A DNA stretch of 15,297 bases from Paramicrosporidium saccamoebae KSL3 (lineage: Eukaryota > Fungi > Cryptomycota): contig MTSL01000134.1 of NCBI GenBank assembly GCA_002794465.1, positions 1 to 15,297 of the forward strand. Direction: 5' to 3'. Positions 8,778 through 15,297 of the stretch are shown here, in pieces. The notes under the pieces are model-generated. The model did not search any database. It was given only the letters and a program-made list of their open reading frames with translations, and was not told the origin of the DNA. The stretch's first letter is position 1; each line of letters begins with the position of its first letter. Made by a program: the position numbers and the translations under genes.

Positions 8778-11285
8778 ATGCATCTGTCACGCACTGCATT
8801 TTGTCTGCTCTTTTTGCTCGAACCCGTCATTGGTGCAAGTCACATTGGTTTGAGTAGCGGGATGACCGAAGAGGAGTTATACCGATACGCCACCGACCCA
8901 AACCGTGAGGCCGGTACATTTATACCAATTGTGAGAGTAGCGACCAAGAGAAATTATGACGTGGTGCTCGAGAATATTTCCATCATGCCAAATTTACAGA
9001 CTTTGGAGCGTGACAGCTATTTTAGGGACCGACGTAACTTGAAATGGTATCCTGAGCCACGCTCAAATTTAAGTCGAGAGGCGGAACAAGAGATTATTCC
9101 AATTTTAGAAGCTGATGATCTAGGGCGTCTTGAGTCCCTTTCAGCGGATCTACGTAATGCGGTGCTTGATCCATTCTATTTGGCTGAATTTGATGCTGTC
9201 AATCTTGCAAGCACTCTGGCAGATTTGAGAGTGTTTTCCAGATACGACTTGGATCTGCCAAAGCTTGGGGCCGTGCGGATCATGAAATTGCTGATAGACA
9301 AGAATATTGCGTTTCAGTGTGACATTTGTCTTATAGTTCATGAAGGAAATGACGAGGTTCTCCAGCTCTTGATCGATGAGAAAGTCTGGAAGGTGGACAA
9401 GGATGCGAACAATGAGATTGTCTATGCCATCTGGAAGGGAAAGCAAGAATACTTGCATCATCTCCTTGAGACACTCAAAGTGATACCTGAAGAGGATTGC
9501 ATCAAGTTATTAATCAAAAAGCAAAATTCAGATGCTTTCAAATGGATAAAATCAGCCCATCCCGATTGGAAAATTAATCAGGAACTAGTCGATCAATTCG
9601 TGCAACATGGATCGGGAAACGTTTTGGAATGGTGCGACTCTCTCAATCTCGACTTGCTTCAACTAAGCGAAACCGTACTAGCTGATTCATTTCAAAATGG
9701 AAACTTTCGTGTTCTCGAATGGCTCCTGAAGAAGAGTCAGCGCGATAAGGTATACAATTTTCCACTGGAATGGACGTGGCAACAAAACGAGATTGATACT
9801 ATCGTGAAGCAAGGATGTGCGCAACTCTTAGAATGGCACAGGACGATCAATCCTGGCTGGAAGTTGAGTGACGAAAACATAGTGTCTGCGGCCAATTGTG
9901 GGCTTCTGGCTATTCTGGAAGGGCACGCCAAACAGTTTCCTGGCTGGGCCCTGCAGCAACCTGAAATCGACACTGTCATTGCGAGTGGACATTTGCCCAT
10001 CCTGATGTGGCACGCCAGTAATAATCCTGGCTGGGCCCTTCAGCAAGCTGAAATTGACAGTGCCACTGCGCATGGGCATGTGAACATTTTAAACTGGAAC
10101 GACTCTTTGAACGGCGCAACAATTATGCCTAGCACAGAGGCACTGAATCAGGCACGTGAATATGGGAATTTAAAGTCTCTCGAATGGTTCCTGACGAAAT
10201 ATCCTGATCAGATACTAATATTCCGGCCCCAATGGACGTTGAGTGATAGAGGCATTCACATTGCCATTAAATATGGCCACTCACACATTGTACTGTGGCA
10301 CGTCTCTGCTAATCCTGGTTGGATACCAAGTGAAGTGCATATTGATACTGCTCTCGTGACCGGAAACCTGCACGCTTTGGTACAACATCTCCCTGATAAT
10401 CTTGCATTACCTCTACCAAGCATTTTTCAACTTGAAAAAGTGTTCAAAGAGGAAAAAACCAATGAGCTCGAATGGTTTCTCTCTGCCGGTCGTGAATGGA
10501 CTCTACCGCAAGAAAAGATTAATGCTGCAACTAAAGGCGGACATTATCAAATCTTGAAATGGTATTCTCAAGTAAAGCCCAACATGCTGAAACCCAGCGT
10601 GGATACACTTATGGATCGGCACACTGACAAAATTTTGAGAATCCAAACTTTGGAATGGTTCCTGGGCACGTTTCACCATGAGGACTTGGGTTCGTTCGAA
10701 CCTGACTGGAACTTGAATGAGTATAAAATCTCTATTGCTATTGCGAATCAATGTGTGTATGTTTTGAAATGGCATACTATTAGAAACGCTGAATGGACAC
10801 TGAGCGAAACTAGCATTAGCAATGCAATTCAGCAAGGTCATTTACTCATTGTGGAGTGGTATGCGGAGATCAATCGTGACTGGACGATGAGTCAGGCTGA
10901 CATTGACAATGTCATTGTTTACGGGCACGGCCACATGTTGAGATGGTATCTCGATACCAATCGCCTAGCACTTTTGCCAAGCCCGGCTACATTGAGTCGG
11001 GTTCTTCTTAGACATCCATCTTACAAAACTCTCGATTGTTATGCTTCTGTGCGTCGCGACTGGACACTAAGTCAAAATTACATTGATGATGCTACTAGAA
11101 ATGGACAGTTGCGGGCTTTGGAATGGTATGACCGTCTCATGCCCAACAGGATCCAGCCAAGCTCCGGCGCACTAAACTTGGCTTATAGGGCTGGCCATAA
11201 AGCTATCATCACATGGTATTTGAAGAAGGATTGCTCAAAAGGTGTTATTTTATTGCTGACCCTTATACAATCGCTTGAGATATAG
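8778..11285 (+). CDS. Array copy 4 (terminal copy): putative secreted ankyrin-like repeat protein, 835 aa
   Basis: The ATG at 8778 aligns with the starts of copies 2 and 3; the track's 8682 start is a GTG inside the conserved promoter block. N-terminus MHLSRTAFCLLFLLEPVIGA. It ends LEI* because the CAG of the other copies is TAG here. Confidence 0.92.
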   Translation: MHLSRTAFCLLFLLEPVIGASHIGLSSGMTEEELYRYATDPNREAGTFIPIVRVATKRNYDVVLENISIMPNLQTLERDSYFRDRRNLKWYPEPRSNLSREAEQEIIPILEADDLGRLESLSADLRNAVLDPFYLAEFDAVNLASTLADLRVFSRYDLDLPKLGAVRIMKLLIDKNIAFQCDICLIVHEGNDEVLQLLIDEKVWKVDKDANNEIVYAIWKGKQEYLHHLLETLKVIPEEDCIKLLIKKQNSDAFKWIKSAHPDWKINQELVDQFVQHGSGNVLEWCDSLNLDLLQLSETVLADSFQNGNFRVLEWLLKKSQRDKVYNFPLEWTWQQNEIDTIVKQGCAQLLEWHRTINPGWKLSDENIVSAANCGLLAILEGHAKQFPGWALQQPEIDTVIASGHLPILMWHASNNPGWALQQAEIDSATAHGHVNILNWNDSLNGATIMPSTEALNQAREYGNLKSLEWFLTKYPDQILIFRPQWTLSDRGIHIAIKYGHSHIVLWHVSANPGWIPSEVHIDTALVTGNLHALVQHLPDNLALPLPSIFQLEKVFKEEKTNELEWFLSAGREWTLPQEKINAATKGGHYQILKWYSQVKPNMLKPSVDTLMDRHTDKILRIQTLEWFLGTFHHEDLGSFEPDWNLNEYKISIAIANQCVYVLKWHTIRNAEWTLSETSISNAIQQGHLLIVEWYAEINRDWTMSQADIDNVIVYGHGHMLRWYLDTNRLALLPSPATLSRVLLRHPSYKTLDCYASVRRDWTLSQNYIDDATRNGQLRALEWYDRLMPNRIQPSSGALNLAYRAGHKAIITWYLKKDCSKGVILLLTLIQSLEI

Positions 11286-11888
11286 TAACTTGTATTTCAC
11301 GACTCACAAAACGATCGGCAACTTTGAGGTTTGAAGCATGACCCCTTACTACTGATTTGTAAATATAATGTATTCTTTTTCACAAGGGTGATCTGGGCAG
11401 GTGTAAAAGGTCTTTAATATATCGCGGAGCTGACTATAAAATCAAGGTTTGTATTGACCAATTGGTAGCTATGGGATTATATCTGTATTGTGAGACTGTT
11501 ATTCATCCACAGGATACACAATTGCTCGGATATATCATCTCTGGAATTTGAAGCCTCCCTCTATTAATATAACGCTGACATTGGACCGATTAAGTAATTA
11601 ATACACCAACTAATGCGCTAACTAATATGCCGACCAATAATATTGCCTCCGATCTTTTCTCCGAGGGTATAAAGTCCCCTACCCTTGCAACTTTCGCAAG
11701 CCCTTTCATTCCAGACCGTGCTGGTCCATCTATCAAATGGTAAGTACAACTTGATGCGACTGGATGATGAAACACTTACTCTGCTTCCTGATGAGTATAC
11801 CTTTTGGAATTCCTCGTTTCTGACAACTCGCATCAAGCCCCATTCTTTGGATACTCATTAATAGGTGCGATGATTGAACATTACTACG

Positions 11889-11954
11889 AACACTAACACT
11901 AACACTAACACTAACACGAACACGAACACGAATGCGAATGCGAGTGCAAATGAC
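11889..11954. repeat. Compound hexanucleotide microsatellite
   Basis: (AACACT)4(AACACG)3(AATGCG)2 AGTGCA AATGAC in unbroken 6-bp register. Confidence 0.9.
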
Positions 11955-12348
11955 TTGTCAAGAGGTAAGAGTCGAGGGCAATGACGATTTGGTCACACCT
12001 TTTATGAACACCATGATTCAATTTACCTCACATGCATCACCATCTGAGCCCATTGTTGCCCTTCATTTACTTATATCATAGAAAGCTCAGCTTTGCTCGC
12101 TTTTAAAGAGGTAATGTATCTATGCGGGAGATGATTATTCTACATTTCAGTTCTGCTTCTGAACCAAAATACTCTGAAGAGAAAGTGTTTATGATCCCGC
12201 CCATCGTGAACTTTTTCTAATTCCCTAGGCCTCTGAATCCAACTGCTTCGGAATGTACAAAATGTGGGAGATGATGAGATTTATTCCGTGTTTCAGCTGA
12301 GTCATGATTACAATTTACACTCTGATCCCTTCTGAGTGTATTCGGATG

Positions 12349-12954
12349 TTAATCGTCTAGTAGCGCGCTTGAAGCATTCCTCGCCGCTCTTGCTGCCTTC
12401 CTAGCCCCTCTGGGAACATTTATTTCTTTTTCTGAGAGTATCAGAAAATCATCCCAGTTGAATTTGTAATAAAATGTTGTTTGTCCCAGTGCCTCGGCCA
12501 TTTTTGGCTCTTTCAGATGGGTAAAGTCGAATGCGTCTTGCAATGCGTCCTGAATGACACTTGTCTGGGCTTTCATTCGTACCAGATATTTGGCAACCTT
12601 CCACTCTGAACTCTCAAACACTCTGCATCTCGCACAACTGGTCCGTAAATCGTCGTCGTCATAGACAGTCAGAGTTCCGGCATTACAGAATGTGTGCACG
12701 CGAGACTTTTTGGAGCGTCGCAAGGCCAACAAACAGCCCGGATACACGCTGTTCTCCATAGACCTACGACAAGCTTCGTCTTCAAGCGACAATAAACATG
12801 GCATCAGGCTGTATTCGTGGCCATTTTTGACAATCTGATGAGCCCACACTGTCTACATATAAATTGCTAACCGATGAGATTGTACTTTGTCAGTTCCCAC
12901 TGCGAGCTTTGTCATTAAGAATAATCTCATGCCGATCCCTAATGCGGCAATCAT
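12349..12954 (-). CDS. Small protein resembling the C-terminal Zn-ribbon OB fold (DBD-C) of RPA1; model join of 12954..12886 and 12852..12349, ~190 aa, start codon uncertain
   Basis: Track ORFs 12853..13035 and 12349..12849 are in the same frame, separated by one TAG that is the acceptor of a 33-nt GT-AG intron. The protein has ENSVYPGC-x16-C-x16-CARC...YLVRM...AEALGQ, which resembles human RPA70 ENCMYQAC-x4-C-x13-CEKC...ILSVNI...AEAILGQ (recalled, aligned by eye). Confidence 0.6.
12853..12885 (-). other. Predicted 33-nt spliceosomal intron (phase 0)
   Basis: Minus strand reads GTACAATCTCATCGGTTAGCAATTTATATGTAG. Removing it deletes the in-frame stop and gives ...GTDK|TVWAHQ... Confidence 0.6.
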
Positions 12955-13050
12955 GCAAAGAGTGATGCAGGACGGTGAGGAGGAGTAATTTTTCGATAGC
13001 CATACAGAGTCGAGTGACAAAGTGGGTGGCAACACCCCTACTACACAACA
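12955..13050. promoter_or_regulatory. Candidate bidirectional promoter between the OB-fold gene and MCM9
   Basis: Only 96 bp separate the two predicted divergent ATGs. No specific motif was recognised. Confidence 0.4.
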
Positions 13051-15096
13051 ATGTTAGCGACAGCAGACGCTAGGTGTGCCGAGGAGGACCAGCTGGTCAC
13101 ATTTCTACTTCAAGAGAATGCGGTAGAGATTGAAGAGTTAATGCAGCTCCCACACGACGGACGGCACTTGAGCCTGGAAGTAAAGTAACACTTCCTCATT
13201 TGGCTGACTGATAGTTTGCTGACAATGCTGAACCGACACGCGAAGCTGGCCACGGTAGTTCTGAATGACCCTGCAACAATCATTCCAATGGCAGAGAGAG
13301 CAATATTGCGGACACAAACGCGAATGATTGCGGACGGGTCGACATTGCGTCAACGCGAGCAGATACACGCGCGTCTCACCGGCGTGCCGATGCTGAAGGG
13401 GATATATTTCAATCGAATTCCAGGAGTGGAAGCCATGGGACGTCTGATAGCAGTGCGAGGCACAGTTACCCGCCTAAGTCCAGTGCGGATGGCGGACCAA
13501 AGTCGCACCTTTCAATGCTGCAAATGCCGAACTCCCATGGAGGCATTCCCCGACGACTTTCAGTTTGGCGTCATTGCAAAGCCGACACTGTGCACAGCAA
13601 TCAATGATGATCAGCGATGCGGCGCAACCAAGTTTGAGCCGTTCCGGGAGGAGGGCGTAGTAGGAAAGGAAGATTACCAGGAAATCCGAATCCAAGAACT
13701 GACGTCATGGCTGGACATTGGGGCCGTGCCAAGGACCTTGACAGTAGTCTTGCGACATGACTTGGTGGACCAGTGCAAGGCGGGCGATGAGGTGCAAATC
13801 ACAGGATGGATGATTGCGCGTTGGAAACCCGTAAAGACGGGATTGCGATGCGAGAACGAGTTTTGTTTGATTGCCAATAATGTGGCTGTTGCTAATCGGA
13901 GTGCATTCGGGAAAATGGACATGGGCAACTTTTCAGCAGTCTTCTGGAATGCTCATCGAGAGGTGCCGCTGCGTGGAAGGGACCTACTGATTAGTAGCTT
14001 CTGTCCACAGATTTACGGATTACATTTGGTAAAGTTGGCGGTTCTACTTACCATCATTGGTGGGACATTGGAGGATGAAGATGGACGAAGGAGACATCGG
14101 AAAGAGGGTCACATTTTGTTAGTAGGCGATCCTGGGACGGCAAAATCCCAATTCTTAGTGACTGCAGCCAAGATTAGTCCACGCTCAGTAATGACCACCG
14201 GATCAGGCTCCACCAATGCGGGACTGACCGTGGCCGCAGTGAAAGATGCTGGAGAGTGGCAATTAGAGGCAGGTGCATTGGTTTTGGCTGACGGCGGCGT
14301 GTGTTGCATTGACGAGTTTAGTGCTCTCCGCGGAAATGATCGCACTTCGATCCATGAGGCTATGGAACAGCAAACGTTGAGCGTGGCAAAGGCCGGTTTG
14401 GTGTGTAAACTGCAGACGCGCTGTTCCATTATTGCCGCCTGCAACTCCAAAGGCCGATTCGAAGAAGGCGAACTGCTCTCTGCCAATGTGGCCTTGGCCA
14501 GTCCCCTTCTCAGCCGCTTCGATTTGATCATTGTGATGGCAGACAAAAGGTCAGTCGACTGGGATCGATCCCTTTCCACCTCCATTCTCGAGACGTCCAG
14601 CAAAGGCGGCACCCGTCGTAAACAAAATGAGAGGACGGGCGTCGATTTTGAGACACTAAAGGCCTATGTGAACTTTGTTCGCAATGAACTGCGTCCGACC
14701 ATGGCGCATGGGGCTCGGGTGGTGCTGGGGAAATATTATCAGCTGCAACGAAGGGCGGATCTCCGCGATGTTGCTCGCACCACAATTAGACTATTGGAAA
14801 GTCTTATCCGTCTGGCCCAGGCCCATGCCAAACTGATGTGTCGAGAGAGCGTTGAGGTTTCCGATGCCATCTGGTCGATTGTCCTAATGGAAACATCCCT
14901 TGCCACACAAAGTCTCTTGGGGATGAGACCCGATGTATATGCCGTGCCGGCCGAATCGCCTACTGCGCAATACGACCAATACGAAACGACCATTCTCACA
15001 AAGTTGGAGATTAACCTAAAAGTCATTGACACTGCCCACCTGAAGCTTGATGCCGAGGCTGATGAGATTTTGTGTTCATGGAAACCCACCCAATAA
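13051..15096 (+). CDS. MCM9: DNA helicase MCM9 (MCM8-9 complex subunit); join(13051..13184,13215..15096), 671 aa
   Basis: Zn finger CCKC...C...C, Walker A GDPGTAKSQFL, TTGSGSTNAGLTVAAVKDAGEWQLEAGALVLAD, Walker B CCIDEF followed by DRTSIHEAMEQQTLSVAKAGLVCKL, Arg finger SRFD, and TTIRLLESLIRLA.AHA.LM are all MCM9-type. Exon 1 (MLATADARCAEEDQLVTFLL...HLSLEV) splices to give EVNLLTM, matching the MCM9 VVNAMTL segment. Confidence 0.93.
13185..13214 (+). other. 30-nt spliceosomal intron in MCM9 (phase 2)
   Basis: GTAACACTTCCTCATTTGGCTGACTGATAG: GT donor, GCTGAC branch-point-like site, TAG acceptor. It contains the in-frame TAA (13186-13188), and its removal restores the frame and homology. Confidence 0.85.
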
Positions 15097-15097
15097 A
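15092..15097 (+). terminator. Possible polyadenylation signal overlapping the MCM9 stop codon
   Basis: AATAAA overlaps CAA-TAA and is followed by AT-rich sequence. Confidence 0.3.
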
Positions 15098-15185
15098 TTC
15101 AGTGTTTGTATAAATTATAAGAAAGGGCCTTGACGAATTATTAACAACTTGGCGACAAAGAGTCTGTTGAATAGCGATAATTCAC

Positions 15186-15297
15186 CTATAATCTTGAATC
15201 AATAGTCCAGTATCGATATTCTAAAACTGATAATCTAGAATCGATAATCTAGAATCGGTAATCTAGGATCGATAATCTAGAATTGATAATCTATTGC
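15186..15297. repeat. 14-bp tandem repeat (consensus CGATAATCTAGAAT), 8 units in register, running to the window end
   Basis: Units start at 15186, 15200, 15214 (degenerate), 15228, 15242, 15256, 15270 and 15284. Confidence 0.92.

Larger units (their letters stand above)
1..11480 (+). repeat. Tandem segmental array of ~3.0-kb units (gene + ~500-bp spacer), at least 4 copies
   Basis: The 35-mer TCCAGATACGACTTGGATCTGCCAAAGCTTGGGGC occurs at 153, 3200, 6198 and 9237 (spacings 3047, 2998, 3039). Spacers 2205-2743, 5243-5741 and 8250-8777 are mutually homologous, and a decayed partial spacer follows copy 4. Confidence 0.95.

Noticed and set aside
57-10841. Many 60-112 aa minus-strand and off-frame ORFs inside the array, some recurring (e.g. 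2767..2949 and 5765..5947)
   Set aside because: They are antisense shadows of the long genes. Recurrence is explained by paralogy, and stops are not conserved across all copies.
1-11285. Array as a transposon, integrated virus or diversity-generating retroelement
   Set aside because: No transposase, integrase, reverse transcriptase, capsid gene, terminal repeats or adenine-specific variation pattern is visible. Similarity of the repeat style to giant-virus ankyrins is not evidence of a provirus.
11590-11836. Minus-strand ORFs 11590..11775 (hydrophobic C-terminus) and 11618..11836
   Set aside because: They are short, mutually overlapping, and show no recognisable motif.
12110-12300. Degenerate ~45-bp direct repeat (ATG.GGGAGATGA...TTATTC...TTTCAG at ~12122 and ~12262) and a 6-bp inverted match at ~12195
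   Set aside because: Only two low-identity copies in AT-rich intergenic/3' sequence; could be an old local duplication with no evident function.
13138-15089. Antisense ORFs over MCM9 (up to 167 aa, 14109..14612)
   Set aside because: They are typical stop-poor antisense frames of a conserved coding region, with no independent features.
13216-15096. Calling the helicase MCM8, an MCM2-7 subunit or an archaeal MCM, starting at 13216
   Set aside because: Motifs around Walker B, the presensor region and the C-terminal helix match MCM9. 13216 is a TTG just after an intron acceptor, and the homologous N-terminus lies in exon 1.
15186-15297. CRISPR array or telomeric repeat
   Set aside because: There are no unique spacers, the unit is only 14 bp, the context is eukaryotic, and there is no G-rich strand typical of telomeres.

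Overview
Compact eukaryotic genomic DNA. The evidence is tiny GT-AG introns, an MCM9 gene and signal peptides. It is consistent with a microbial eukaryote such as an early-diverging fungal/Rozellomycota-like endoparasite, but that assignment is inference only. Bases 1-~11.5 kb are a head-to-tail array of at least four ~3.0-kb units; the first is cut by the window edge. Each unit holds an intronless ~830-aa gene: signal peptide, an N-terminal domain with a nucleotide-invariant block, about 18 Trp-rich ~29-aa ankyrin-like helical repeats, and a short hydrophobic tail. The paralogs are mosaics with near-identical patches embedded in clearly diverged sequence, which points to gene conversion or unequal crossing-over. 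To the right are a drifting hexamer microsatellite and a minus-strand gene (one 33-nt intron) encoding what looks like a stand-alone RPA1-C-terminal-type Zn-ribbon OB fold. That gene sits head-to-head, about 100 bp away, with MCM9, whose true start (13051) and 30-nt intron the ORF track misses. The window ends in a 14-bp tandem repeat built from two palindromic hexamers. All alignments were done by eye and no database searches were run.
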